Source of the DNA: an uncultured bacterium
GTDB lineage: Bacteria > Hydrothermota > Tepidihabitantia > Tepidihabitantales > Tepidihabitantaceae
Length of the DNA: 64,000 nt
Direction: 5' to 3'
Assembly: GCA_964412225.1 (NCBI GenBank)
Contig: CAYPNB010000006.1
Location: 25,378-89,377, forward strand
In this document: positions 47,858 to 57,593 of the stretch, piece by piece
How positions within the stretch are numbered: the first letter of the stretch is position 1
Layout of the letters: each line of letters begins with the position of its first letter
Notes under the pieces: model-generated
The model's database searches: none
What the model was told of the DNA's origin: nothing
What the model saw: only the letters and a program-made list of their open reading frames with translations
Made by a program: the position numbers and the translations under genes

Positions 47858-48951
47858 GCGGTTGCCCGCAACCAGAGGCTCCTCAGGTGGCTGGCGATGG
47901 TTATCGCCTTTTCCGGGCAGATTTCCGAACAGCAGAAACAGCGGATGCATTTGCGGCGGTTAATTTCCGGATAGGGGGTGAGGCTTATCGCCTGGACCGG
48001 GCAGTTTTCGGCACACTTGCCACAGCGGATACAGCGGGATTTTTTCAGTACCGGCACGCGGGGCAAAAGAAACCGGTAAACCGGTATTGACAGCCGGCTG
48101 ATGAGGGCGGCGAAACCGATACCAGGCAGACGGAAGTCCTTAATCGGAACAAAATCGCCGATGATTTTGATCTCCTCTTTTTGGAGCGGACCTAGGCCGC
48201 GCTCACCGGCGATGCGAATCGTGGGAATTGTTTCCGGTTTGGCGCCGGCAATGAGCGCCATCACCGCATCCAGGGCAATGCCGTTGGCACTGGCAAGGAG
48301 GTAGTCCATTTTGCGCACCCTGCCGCCGCTGGGTCCGTTGATACCGTCCATCACCCGAATACCGTCCATAATGGTGATAATCGGTCTGGGCACCGCCTGG
48401 TAGATGTCAACCAGCAGTTCGGCAAACGCCTCGGCGCTGGGGGCAACGGTGTGGAGATAGGTTTTGTGGCCCCCGGGAATGATGCCGAAGATGTTCTTGA
48501 CCGCGCCGGTGAGGAGGGTAAGGGCATGGGTCTTGAATACCGGCAGGTTAAGGATGACATCCGCTTCGGTGATGAGGCGCGAGACCGGGATTTCTGAGAC
48601 AAAGCGGGAGGAGAGGCGGAGTTTTACCGGGTTGACCGATGGGTTGACAAAGCAGTTGTCGCTGGCTACCACCACACCGGTGGGGCTCAGGTAATCGGCG
48701 AGCGAGGGGCGGGGAATGCCGGCAGGGTTGTCGGCAACCCAGATGACATTGGCACGCCGTTGCCGGAGTTCCCGCACGACCTGGCGGACAAGGTCCGGAT
48801 TGGTTGTTACCCCGGCTTCGGGCGGGTGGGGCGCCAGGAGGTTGGGTTTTACCCAGACTTTTTTGCCGGTGAAGTCAAAACCAATTGTATCCAGCGCTTC
48901 CCTAACCGCGTCGGACAGGTCGGTAATTTTCCGGACGAGGACGGTGGCCAA
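47851..48951 (-). CDS. DUF362 domain protein with C-terminal 2x[4Fe-4S] ferredoxin domain
   Basis: DUF362 body followed by two ferredoxin motifs (CIRCGKCAENCP; CIRCFCCSEICP). Confidence 0.7.
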   Translation of the reverse strand: MATVLVRKITDLSDAVREALDTIGFDFTGKKVWVKPNLLAPHPPEAGVTTNPDLVRQVVRELRQRRANVIWVADNPAGIPRPSLADYLSPTGVVVASDNCFVNPSVNPVKLRLSSRFVSEIPVSRLITEADVILNLPVFKTHALTLLTGAVKNIFGIIPGGHKTYLHTVAPSAEAFAELLVDIYQAVPRPIITIMDGIRVMDGINGPSGGRVRKMDYLLASANGIALDAVMALIAGAKPETIPTIRIAGERGLGPLQKEEIKIIGDFVPIKDFRLPGIGFAALISRLSIPVYRFLLPRVPVLKKSRCIRCGKCAENCPVQAISLTPYPEINRRKCIRCFCCSEICPEKAITIASHLRSLWLRATAH

Positions 48952-48963
48952 CTGTTGAGGCGA

Positions 48964-49146
48964 TTACTGACCGGGTATTATGTAGAGGACGTTGGCGAGA
49001 GAGACAAGCGCCTCGGGCTGTTTTTCTTTGCCCTCCGGGACGCCGGCGTCCTTGAACAGGACGTCCACCATTTTCACCACGCCCTCTTTTATCGTATAGC
49101 CACCACAGACCGCAACACCGCCGGATTTAAGAAAGACGACAGGCAC
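48964..49146 (-). CDS. Hypothetical small protein (60 aa) inside the ACAD-ferredoxin operon
   Basis: Tightly packed between the ACAD (49159) and DUF362 (48951) genes. No motif recognised. Confidence 0.3.
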   Translation of the reverse strand: MPVVFLKSGGVAVCGGYTIKEGVVKMVDVLFKDAGVPEGKEKQPEALVSLANVLYIIPGQ

Positions 49147-49158
49147 AGCGCCTCCTTT

Positions 49159-50397
49159 TTACTCTTCGGGTTGGGGCAGTTTTACCCGCAACTCTTTTTC
49201 AGTACGGAACCCCAGGGCAAAGTCCGCCTGGAGGAGTTTGTGAATTTCCCGGGTGCCTTCGTAGATCTGGGCACCTTTGGCGTTGCGGTAAAACCGTTCT
49301 ACCGGGTATTCGTCGGAGAAGCCGTAGGCACCGAAAATCTGCACCGCATTGCTCGCCGCCTTTTCCGAAGCGGCACAGGCAAAGAATTTCGCCGCCGATG
49401 TTAGCCGGGTGCTGGGTTTGCCCTGGTTTTTGAGCCAGCCCGCCTTGAAGTAGAGCAGTCTTGCCGCTTCATAGTCAACCGCCATTTCACCGATCATCTC
49501 TTTTACCAGTTGGTGTTCGGCAAGGGGTTTACCAAAGGTGCGGCGGGTTTTGGCGTACTCTACCGAGGCATCAAGGCAGGCGCGGATGAGACCGGTGGCA
49601 CCGGCCGCGACGGTATAACGCCCCTGGTCAATGGCGAACATCGCAATCTTAAAGCCCTCGCCTTCATTGCCCAGCCGGTTTTCCTCCGGTACCACGACGT
49701 CATTCATCGCAATGGAGCCGGTGTTACCAGCGCGGACCCCCAGTTTGCCTTTAATTGTTGATGTAGTCAGTCCGGGCATACCCCGTTCCAGAATAAAGCA
49801 GGTGATGCCCGAGTGGTCGCGTCTTTGCTGTTTTTCCCGGTCAGTCCAGGCAAAAACGAGAAAGTGGTCGGCAACATCGGCAAGGGAAATCCAGGTTTTT
49901 TCACCGTTGAGGATGTAGTTTTTGCCGTCCTTTCGTGCCCGGGCTTGAATTCCTATTACGTCGGTGCCGGCGCCGGGTTCGGTCAGGCCGAAGGCGGCGA
50001 TTTTTTCCCCTTTTGCCTGAGGGATGAGGAAGCGCCTTTTCTGTTCTTCGGTGCCCCAGGTGAGGACGGTGAGGGAGTTGAGTCCGATGTGGACAGAGAG
50101 AACCACCCGCAGTGAGGTATCCACAAACTCCAGTTCCTCACAGGCAAGACCGAGGGCGATGTAGTCGTTGCCGCTGCCGCCGTAACGGGAAGGGATGGAG
50201 AGGCCGAGAATGCCCAGTTCAGCCATTTGTTTTAAGATGTTCTGGTTGAATTCGTGGCGGGCGTCGTAGTCTCTGATGGTCGGGAGCACCTCCCGCTGGG
50301 CCCAGGACCGGGCGAGGTTTGCTATTGCCTGTTGGTCTTCGGTTAAGGCGAAATCAATCATTCTATTCCTCCTTTGGTTTGTTTTTGTAATTGTCAA
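49159..50397 (-). CDS. Acyl-CoA dehydrogenase
   Basis: Three-domain ACAD architecture. C-terminal ...IYEGTREIH catalytic region. Confidence 0.85.
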   Translation of the reverse strand: MTITKTNQRRNRMIDFALTEDQQAIANLARSWAQREVLPTIRDYDARHEFNQNILKQMAELGILGLSIPSRYGGSGNDYIALGLACEELEFVDTSLRVVLSVHIGLNSLTVLTWGTEEQKRRFLIPQAKGEKIAAFGLTEPGAGTDVIGIQARARKDGKNYILNGEKTWISLADVADHFLVFAWTDREKQQRRDHSGITCFILERGMPGLTTSTIKGKLGVRAGNTGSIAMNDVVVPEENRLGNEGEGFKIAMFAIDQGRYTVAAGATGLIRACLDASVEYAKTRRTFGKPLAEHQLVKEMIGEMAVDYEAARLLYFKAGWLKNQGKPSTRLTSAAKFFACAASEKAASNAVQIFGAYGFSDEYPVERFYRNAKGAQIYEGTREIHKLLQADFALGFRTEKELRVKLPQPEE

Positions 50398-51694
50398 CCG
50401 GGCTGGTTGTTGTCAGTGTTGCCAGCTGGTCCAGCAGTTTCGGGAGGCTGTCCCTCCGTCCCCGGCTGGTGGCTTTTAACTGCTCAATTAACGCCGCTGG
50501 CGGTAGCAGGTTGGTGGTTTGCAACAGGAATAACAGCGCGAGGAGCGCGGCGTTTTTGTTCCCGGCGATTTTGCCAAAAGGCTGCCGGAGCACATTTGCC
50601 CCGGATTCGGGTAAGGGGAGCGCGCTGTCAATTACCAGGAGCCCGGCGTCCATTCGGCGGACAGTTTTTTCGGCATAACGGAGCCCGTCCGGAGAAACGA
50701 TTATCGCCACATCGGGTTTGTCAATGCCGGTGAAGAGGATGGGGTCCGGGGAAAGGATAACTTCGGCAACTGAATAGCCGGTTCCGACCGTAACCGGATA
50801 GGTGCCTTTTTTTGTGGCGTAAATGCCGGCCGCGATTGCGGCAGCGGCAAGCGCTTCGGCTGTCTGCTGCACACCGCCGCCCGCCGAGCCGGCAATGAGA
50901 ACAGCGGTCCGGGAGAAGTTTTCTGGCGGTGAGAACTTTTTCTCCGGAGTTGAGCCGAGGTCAGTAAATAGAGAGGGGCGGCCGGGATCGGGATGGAGCC
51001 GGAAAACCGGTTGTTCTACCTGGTTACGCCAGGTCCCGAACTCAAAACCCGCCTGTTCGGCGATCGCTTCGGGTTTTTTGTCCGGATTGTATTTCAGTCC
51101 GTAACTGGGGCAGGTTTCAATTACTTCTACAAGTGAGAAGCCAGGTGTGACGAACGCCTCGGCAAGTGCTTCCGGAAGGTTAGCGCTGCTGGCGACCCGC
51201 TGGACATAGGGTGCTCCGGCAGCGCGGATCACCCGGCAGAGGTCAAGCCCGGGGTCGGGTTTACCCTCAGGAATCAGGGGGGTGCGGAATCCACAGGGGG
51301 TAAGGGCGCTGGGCTGGCCACCGGTCATCCCGTAGAGCATATTGTTGTGGACAACGACACTGAGCGGAAAGTTGCGGCGGGCACATTCCACCAGGTGCTG
51401 CAGTCCAATTGATGCGCCACCGTCTCCCATAAAGACAATTACTTTACCCTGGGAGAGACCGGCGGCGATACCGGCACCGAGCGCGGCGGCGCGACCGTGC
51501 AGTCCGTGAACGGTGTGGGTTAAGAAAAACTGGTCAACAATGCCGTGACAGCCGATATCGGTGACCAGCACGACTGATAACGGTTTCAGTCCGATCCGGG
51601 CGAGCGCCCGGGCGGTGCTACGGGCAACCAGATGGTGACCGCAACCGGCACAGAAGGGCAGGGGTTCGGGACGGATAAACGCAGATTCACTCAT
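50363..51694 (-). CDS. 2-oxoacid:ferredoxin oxidoreductase beta subunit (TPP-binding) fused to a gamma-subunit domain
   Basis: N-terminal CAGCGHH and GDGG TPP-binding motifs (beta). C-terminal ~170 aa with an AGSAGGGVQQ-type gamma catalytic domain. Confidence 0.75.
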   Translation of the reverse strand: MSESAFIRPEPLPFCAGCGHHLVARSTARALARIGLKPLSVVLVTDIGCHGIVDQFFLTHTVHGLHGRAAALGAGIAAGLSQGKVIVFMGDGGASIGLQHLVECARRNFPLSVVVHNNMLYGMTGGQPSALTPCGFRTPLIPEGKPDPGLDLCRVIRAAGAPYVQRVASSANLPEALAEAFVTPGFSLVEVIETCPSYGLKYNPDKKPEAIAEQAGFEFGTWRNQVEQPVFRLHPDPGRPSLFTDLGSTPEKKFSPPENFSRTAVLIAGSAGGGVQQTAEALAAAAIAAGIYATKKGTYPVTVGTGYSVAEVILSPDPILFTGIDKPDVAIIVSPDGLRYAEKTVRRMDAGLLVIDSALPLPESGANVLRQPFGKIAGNKNAALLALLFLLQTTNLLPPAALIEQLKATSRGRRDSLPKLLDQLATLTTTSPVDNYKNKPKEE

Positions 51695-52794
51695 ATCCTT
51701 AACACCGCGGTGACAATATCTTCGGGTGTGATCATATTACCTAGGGCGTTAACCCCGGTGATTCCGTCCCGCTCAGCGGTTCCGAACAGGATTTGGCGGA
51801 GGTGTCCGGAATGGTTCTGCTCGGCAATCACAATCCGGTGATAGCGGGCGAGAATCTGGTAATAGTCGTCGGGAATCGGCAGGATGGTGCTGGGCAAAAA
51901 CAGGGACACCTTGTGGTTCCGGGAGCGAATTTCCGCCACCGCCTTCCGAGCGGCAAGTGCGGTTATTCCCCAGGATACAATCAGGACTGTTGCCCCAGGT
52001 TGTTCATCCAGATAATAGCGGGTATAAAGGTTCAGGTTTTTTATTAGTTTTTTTTCTAACCGGGTGGTGTTTTCCATCGCCTCCGGTGCCAGATGCTGGA
52101 TGATACCCCGGGCGTCGTGAGTGGAGGCGTTGAGCCGGACCTGGTGGTTCAGGTTGCCGACGGGTAGAAAAGGTGGCACCAGGTCAGGTTCCGGGGCGTA
52201 GGGTTCGTAATGTTGACCGTGAAAGCCGCGGCGGGACACCGGTTTTACCTCGGGCAGTTCGGAGAGGTTGACGGTGAACTGGGTCATCATCATTTCTTTT
52301 GAGGTCAAAAGGACAACCGGGGTGCGCAGCCAGGCAGACATCGCCAGGGCGACCGGCGGGATGGTCCAGCAGTCTTCCAGGCTGTTGGTGGCAAGAACCG
52401 GCAGGATGTGTCCGCCCGAGATAGTACCCCGCAGAAGCAGGAGGTCGCCGTCAGCACCGGCGGTTGCCGAACCGGTTGCCGGTCCCAGGCGCTGGGCAAG
52501 GATGACCAGGAGGGGTAGTTCCATCATATACGCCATATTTATCGTTTCCAGCATCAGGGCGAATCCCGGGAATGAGGTGGCGGTTACCGGCAATAGACCG
52601 GTGGCAGAGAGGCCGCTGAGCCACTGGGCAGCGGTAATTTCGTCCGGGGCGTTGAGTGCCACGGGTAGCCGGCGCATGGCGTATTGGTAGAGGAGGTTTG
52701 CCGGTGTGATTGGATAGCCGACAAAGACATCGGCACCGGCACGGGCAAGGGATTCAATAACCAGGCGGGAGCCATCGGTTAAGGTATCAGGCAT
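51691..52794 (-). CDS. 2-oxoacid:ferredoxin oxidoreductase alpha subunit
   Basis: Alpha-subunit domain I signature (ARAGADVFVGYPITP). ~367 aa. 4-nt overlap with the beta-gamma gene. Confidence 0.7.
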   Translation of the reverse strand: MPDTLTDGSRLVIESLARAGADVFVGYPITPANLLYQYAMRRLPVALNAPDEITAAQWLSGLSATGLLPVTATSFPGFALMLETINMAYMMELPLLVILAQRLGPATGSATAGADGDLLLLRGTISGGHILPVLATNSLEDCWTIPPVALAMSAWLRTPVVLLTSKEMMMTQFTVNLSELPEVKPVSRRGFHGQHYEPYAPEPDLVPPFLPVGNLNHQVRLNASTHDARGIIQHLAPEAMENTTRLEKKLIKNLNLYTRYYLDEQPGATVLIVSWGITALAARKAVAEIRSRNHKVSLFLPSTILPIPDDYYQILARYHRIVIAEQNHSGHLRQILFGTAERDGITGVNALGNMITPEDIVTAVLRI

Positions 52795-54082
52795 CAGGAA
52801 TTACACGCTTATATATTGCGGCGGTGTTTTTCAGTAGTTTTTTGAGGTCAAAAATTCGGTCCAGTTCTGCCGGGGTGATGTACCGGGTGACCGCTGAAGA
52901 CCGGCGGGCGAGTTCCGGGAAACCGGTGCCGGTGGTGGTGGCTTCAAAAGCTAGGCCTTGAACCAAGCGATATGCCCGGGTGCGGTTTACCCCTTTGTTT
53001 ATCAGGGCGAGGAGGAGCGCCTGGGAGAAGTAGGTTTCACCGGACAATTTGAGGTTTTTCAGCATCCTGTCCGGTTTTACCACCAGACCGGCAAGGATTT
53101 TGTTCATCTGGCGCAGGCAGTAGTGGAGAAGGGTAAACGCTTCCGGGATGATAATGCGCTCGGCAGCGGAGTTGGTCAGGTCGCGTTCGTGCCAGAGCGG
53201 TATGTTTTCAAATGAGGCAAAGGCATAGGAGCGAATCACCCGGGCCAGGGAGCAGACCCGCTCGCAGATAATCGGGTTTTTCTTGTGGGGCATTGCCGAC
53301 GAGCCCGCCTGGGTTCTGCCAAATGGTTCGCCCAGTTCGTCAATTTCGGTGCGCTGGAGGTTGCGGATCTCGGTGGCGATGCGTTCCAGGGCGGTGGCGG
53401 TTAACGCCAGGACGGTAAGCATCAGGGCGTGTCGGTCCCGGGGAATAACCTGGGTTGATGCCGGCTCCACCTTCAGGCCGAGGCGCTTTAAAACCATTTT
53501 TTCCACCCGGGGGGGCAACTGGGTATAGGCACCGACAACTCCGGAGATTTTGCCATAGCCGATTTCCGTTTGTGCTTGATTGACCCGTTCCAGCGCTCGT
53601 CCGATTTCACTTGCCCAGGAGAGGCATTTCAAACCAAAGGTAATCGGTTCGGCGTGAACACCATGGGTTCGGCCCATCATCGGCGTATCCCGGTGTTTCC
53701 GGGCGAGGTCGGCAATGGTTTTCTTTAGTTCCTGGAGCGCGGCGGCGATGATCTTTAAACCCTGTCGGCAGCGAAGCGCCAGCGCGGTATCAACCACATC
53801 ATAGGAGGTTAAGCCGTAATGGACAAATCGCCCGGCATCGCCCACGCTTTTAGCAACACTGCGGGTAAAGGCGATAACGTCATGATTGGTTTCCTTTTCA
53901 AATTTTTCAATTTCTTTTAGGTTGAAACTGGCGGTCTGAATTTTATCTGCGGCCCAGCGGGGAATTAAGCCCAGTTCCGCTTCAACTGCGGCGACCGTTT
54001 TTTCTACCAGGAGCCAGGAGTTAAACTTTGCCTCCTCGCTCCACAGTTCAGTCATTTCCGGGGTCAAATAGCGGGAACTCAT
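52787..54082 (-). CDS. purB: Adenylosuccinate lyase
   Basis: Fumarate lyase family with the signature GSSAMPHKKNP loop. 431 aa. Confidence 0.9.
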   Translation of the reverse strand: MSSRYLTPEMTELWSEEAKFNSWLLVEKTVAAVEAELGLIPRWAADKIQTASFNLKEIEKFEKETNHDVIAFTRSVAKSVGDAGRFVHYGLTSYDVVDTALALRCRQGLKIIAAALQELKKTIADLARKHRDTPMMGRTHGVHAEPITFGLKCLSWASEIGRALERVNQAQTEIGYGKISGVVGAYTQLPPRVEKMVLKRLGLKVEPASTQVIPRDRHALMLTVLALTATALERIATEIRNLQRTEIDELGEPFGRTQAGSSAMPHKKNPIICERVCSLARVIRSYAFASFENIPLWHERDLTNSAAERIIIPEAFTLLHYCLRQMNKILAGLVVKPDRMLKNLKLSGETYFSQALLLALINKGVNRTRAYRLVQGLAFEATTTGTGFPELARRSSAVTRYITPAELDRIFDLKKLLKNTAAIYKRVIPDA

Positions 54083-55251
54083 TTTGCATGATAAAGTATT
54101 CTTAACTGTTCGCCCTGACGGTTAATCACCAGGTCAATCGCGGGGCCGGTTCGTTCCAGCCGTTCCTTTAAAGAGCGGGCCGATGTTACCGCCTTGCCAT
54201 AGGCGGCAAGGATCACATCGCCCGGCAGGAGGCCAATTTTTTCCGCGGTGCTGCCCTGCTGAACGCTGATCACCACCACCCCTTTGCTGTAGGTAAGACC
54301 AAACCGGTTGCGCAGGCTCGGGTTGATGTCTGCTACCACCGCGCCGATGCGGGTGGTGAAGCGTTCAAAATCCGCCGTGGTTTGACCAAGCGCCTCGTTG
54401 ATAAAACGTTTTACCTCGTTAATTGGTCGGGCAAAGCCCACCCCTTCGGAACCGCCGGCATGGGAGAGGATAAAGGTGTTGATGCCGATCACCTCGCCGA
54501 TGGCGTTGACCAGGGGACCGCCGGAGTTTCCCGGGTTGATTGCCGCATCGGTTTGAATCATATCGGTGTACAGTGCCCCGCTGGTGCCGGACTTGATGTC
54601 CCGGTGCAGGGCGGAGATGACACCCACGGTAACGGTGGGCTGGGCGTCCTCTATCAAAAAACCGAACGGGTTACCAATTGCTATCGCCCACTCACCGATC
54701 ATCAGGTCATCAGAGTTGCCGAGGGGCGCTACCGGCAGGTTCTCACCGGTAATCTGCAGCAGCGCCAGGTCCCGGTCGGTATCAATCGCCACCAGTTTGG
54801 CGTCAAAACCGCGGTTGTCCGGCAGGGTGACCCGGATTTTTGTGGCGTTGCGGACCACGTGGGCGTTGGTGACGATATGACCCTGGGGGTCAACAATTAC
54901 GCCCGAGCCCATTGATTTAATCTCCTGCCGGAAAGTATGGCGGGGGAAAAAGTCTCGGAAAAAGTCGTCAAATTCCCAAAGACCAAACGGGTCATAACTG
55001 ACCACCCGGGTCTGGGTGACAACTACCGATACCACCGCCGGACTCACCCGCTGGGCGGCAAGGACAATGGCGTTCACCCGGGAACGAGAGACGTCGGTAT
55101 TGACATCAATTGCCAGCGGCGCAGTTGGGGGCGGTGAGTGGGTTTGAGTGCCACCGCAGGCAAGCGGGTATAAAAGCAAAGCGATTAAAAGCAGCGATTT
55201 TACTGAGTTTCTCACGGTGATAAGTTTAACAATCAGTGCTTTAGTGGTCAA
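54079..55251 (-). CDS. htrA: HtrA/DegP family serine protease (S1C) with PDZ domain
   Basis: Signal/TM N-terminus, catalytic triad context (TNAHVV; GNSGGPLVN), C-terminal PDZ. Confidence 0.85.
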   Translation of the reverse strand: MTTKALIVKLITVRNSVKSLLLIALLLYPLACGGTQTHSPPPTAPLAIDVNTDVSRSRVNAIVLAAQRVSPAVVSVVVTQTRVVSYDPFGLWEFDDFFRDFFPRHTFRQEIKSMGSGVIVDPQGHIVTNAHVVRNATKIRVTLPDNRGFDAKLVAIDTDRDLALLQITGENLPVAPLGNSDDLMIGEWAIAIGNPFGFLIEDAQPTVTVGVISALHRDIKSGTSGALYTDMIQTDAAINPGNSGGPLVNAIGEVIGINTFILSHAGGSEGVGFARPINEVKRFINEALGQTTADFERFTTRIGAVVADINPSLRNRFGLTYSKGVVVISVQQGSTAEKIGLLPGDVILAAYGKAVTSARSLKERLERTGPAIDLVINRQGEQLRILYHAK

Positions 55252-55556
55252 GATGTAAAACTTTAACCGGTGAAGGCGTTTTTTAACCAGAACCAGAAAT
55301 GGGGTCGATAAGGCAACAGTTCCAGAAAACCAGATTGTCTTTTATTGTGGGGACGGTCCCCTCCACCGTTACCCGGATAAAACCGGTTATGCTGTTTATT
55401 TTACTAACATATTGTTAATATGCAACTTAAACAGTAGGTCCTGCCCGATTTGTGATTCCGGTTGTTAATTTTGCCGGTTTCAGGGCTCTAAAAGTATGTG
55501 AGATGGTGTTTAGCCGGTTGACTTCCGGGGCATTTTTTCTACTATTATAGATACCT

Positions 55557-56333
55557 ATGAAGATAAGTGAAATAGAGGTTACTCGAGCAATAGTGGAGCG
55601 GTATTTGGAGCGGTTACTGGAAAACCTTGAGACCGATGTGGCGGTTGTTGGTGCCGGTCCTTCGGGATTGACCGCGGCGTGGAAGGCGGCGGAGCGGGGT
55701 TTGAAGACGGTGGTTTTTGAGCGGGCGCTGAAGCCCGGTGGTGGAATGCCTGGCGGCGGAATGATGTTTTCTGAGATTGTTGTTCAGAAAGACGCGGTGC
55801 CGGTTATGGAGGAACTGGAGGTGCGGTTGGTGGAGAAAAGGCCGGGGTATTATGTGGCGGATGCGATTGAGACGCTCGGGGCTCTGCTGGTCCGGGTGAG
55901 CCGGGCCGGGGTGAAAATTTTTAACCTTATTTCGGTTGAAGATGTGATGCTGATTGAAGACCGGGTGTGCGGCCTGGTTTTGAACTGGAGTGCGGTGGAG
56001 ATGGCGAAGTTACACGTTGATCCGCTGACTGTTGCCAGCCGGGCGGTGATTGACGCCTCCGGTCATTCTGCGGAGGTTGTCAACCGGCTGGTGAGCAAGG
56101 GCAAGGTTGTGTTGCTCACACCTTCGGGCGGTTTTGAAAGCGAAAGACCGATGTGGGCGGACAAGGCGGAGCGATTTGTGGTGGAGAATACGAAAGAGGT
56201 TTATTCTGGACTTTGGGTTGCCGGTATGGCAGTAAATGCGGTTTTTGGTGGACCCCGAATGGGTCCGATATTTGGCGGTATGTTTCTTTCCGGTGTTAAG
56301 GTGGCAGAGATGGTTGCCGATTCCCTGCGGTAG
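55557..56333 (+). CDS. thi4: Thiazole synthase Thi4 family (sulfide-dependent ADP-thiazole synthase)
   Basis: FAD/NAD-binding VAVVGAGPSGLTAA and Thi4-type Gly-rich loop KPGGGMPGGGMMF. Confidence 0.8.
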   Translation: MKISEIEVTRAIVERYLERLLENLETDVAVVGAGPSGLTAAWKAAERGLKTVVFERALKPGGGMPGGGMMFSEIVVQKDAVPVMEELEVRLVEKRPGYYVADAIETLGALLVRVSRAGVKIFNLISVEDVMLIEDRVCGLVLNWSAVEMAKLHVDPLTVASRAVIDASGHSAEVVNRLVSKGKVVLLTPSGGFESERPMWADKAERFVVENTKEVYSGLWVAGMAVNAVFGGPRMGPIFGGMFLSGVKVAEMVADSLR

Positions 56334-56345
56334 ATAGGGGGCGAT

Positions 56346-56747
56346 TTGATGCTATTAAATGTAAAAGAGTCGGGCCGGTTTCACGGTCATATCGGTCCCT
56401 GGCTGATTTTGGGTTGGCGCTGTGGCCGATATGGGGCACGAAAACTGAAGGGTTCACCGTTTGAACTTTTGGTTCTGGTGGAGTGTCCGGCAAAACCGCC
56501 GGCAAGCTGCTTTATTGACGGCATTCAGACCGGCTCGGGGTGTACGATGGGTAAGGGAAACATCAGCCATCGCCGGCGCAATGGCGTCTGCCGGGCTTTC
56601 TTTCAGCACCGGGGAAATGGCCGGAGATTGTTAATTCAGGTCCGGCCGGAGTTGATTCCCGGATTGCATTTAATCCCTCCGGAAAAGGTAAAAAGGACCC
56701 CCCTGCAAAGTTTTGTTGGGATTCAGAAAATTGGCGCGGGATGGTGA
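56346..56747 (+). CDS. FmdE/FwdE-domain family protein
   Basis: FHGHIGPWLILGWR motif resembling the FmdE HGH.CPG signature. 133 aa. Confidence 0.45.
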   Translation: MMLLNVKESGRFHGHIGPWLILGWRCGRYGARKLKGSPFELLVLVECPAKPPASCFIDGIQTGSGCTMGKGNISHRRRNGVCRAFFQHRGNGRRLLIQVRPELIPGLHLIPPEKVKRTPLQSFVGIQKIGAGW

Positions 56748-56806
56748 ATCCTGAAAATACGGTGGTAGTCTAAATAGGTGAGGAAAGTTAAAAGGAGGTA
56801 AGGCAT

Positions 56807-57256
56807 ATGGCAAAGCACATAACAACATGGGATCCATTCCGGGAGGTATCTTCGATTCGGGATGAACTGGACCGGTTTTTTGACTCGCTGTTTGGCCGAT
56901 TCCCGCGCGAGCGAGGCGAGACTTTCTGGGCACCGCCGATAGACATTGAAGAGACCGATGAAGCGATTGTTATCCGGGCCGAACTACCGGGGATGAACAA
57001 AGAGGATATTAAGGTGAATCTTTCGGGAGATACGCTGACCATTTCTGGTGAGAGGAAACAGGAGGCCGAAAAGAAGGGCAGGACCTACTACCGGATTGAG
57101 CGCGCCTACGGCAAGTTCCAGCGGACAATTACCCTGCCGGCTGAGGTAGAAGGAGAAAAGGCGAAGGCGTCCTACAAGGCGGGGGTTCTGGAACTGGTCC
57201 TCCCGAAATCGGAGAAAGCCAAGGCGAAAGAGATTACCATCGTCGCCGAGGACTAA
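56807..57256 (+). CDS. Small heat shock protein (Hsp20/alpha-crystallin family)
   Basis: Alpha-crystallin domain (...IVIRAELPGMNKEDIKVNLSGDTLTISGER...GVLELVLPK). AAAGGAGG SD upstream. Confidence 0.9.
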   Translation: MAKHITTWDPFREVSSIRDELDRFFDSLFGRFPRERGETFWAPPIDIEETDEAIVIRAELPGMNKEDIKVNLSGDTLTISGERKQEAEKKGRTYYRIERAYGKFQRTITLPAEVEGEKAKASYKAGVLELVLPKSEKAKAKEITIVAED

Positions 57257-57270
57257 CCTACTGGAACTAC

Positions 57271-57305
57271 AAAGAGACGCCCCGTATGGGCGTCTCTTTT
57301 TTAAT
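57271..57305 (+). terminator. Rho-independent terminator after hsp20
   Basis: Perfect 12-bp inverted repeat (aaagagacgccc / gggcgtctcttt) with a 5-nt loop, followed by TTTTTTAATTTT. Confidence 0.8.
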
Positions 57306-57386
57306 TTTAGCCGGTATCAATTATGACTTCTTTGATCGAATTACCGTGAGGCAATGCGTTTCCTTGACTAAAATTGCCGGTTATTT

Positions 57387-57575
57387 ATGATTAATAGAAT
57401 GTGGAGAGATTTTTTCTTCTTACGGACTGGTGGTCATCGGTTGGCATTGAGTAAAGTCGGTCTGACGATTTTTGCCGGGCTGGGGTTGCTTTCCTGTTCG
57501 GATGCGCCGCAGATTGTCCGGGAGGCAAACCGGATAGTCCTGGTGGAAATTTTTTCCACGTTGCCCGATGAATGA
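57387..57575 (+). CDS. Lipoprotein N-terminal part ending at in-frame TGA (possible selenoprotein N-terminus; see findings)
   Basis: Lipoprotein signal (RLALSKVGLTIFAGLGLLSC, lipobox LLSC), then IVLVEIFSTLPDE, then TGA at 57573-57575. Confidence 0.45.
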   Translation: MINRMWRDFFFLRTGGHRLALSKVGLTIFAGLGLLSCSDAPQIVREANRIVLVEIFSTLPDE

Positions 57576-57593
57576 GCCTACTGTGCGTCTGCG

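Noticed and set aside
55252-55556. Possible TPP riboswitch upstream of thi4
   Set aside because: Only a CCGG-AUAAAA-CCGG hairpin resembling P5 is present. The conserved CUGAGA and GCGNAGGGA elements and a P1 helix are not found, and a putative promoter lies within about 20 nt of the start codon.
57573-57575. Genome-wide UGA reassignment (Trp/Gly codes 4/25) as an explanation for the in-frame TGA
   Set aside because: TGA is used as a genuine terminator for well-defined genes in this window (e.g. argF at 16989-16991), so any read-through must be local (Sec or programmed) rather than a reassigned code.
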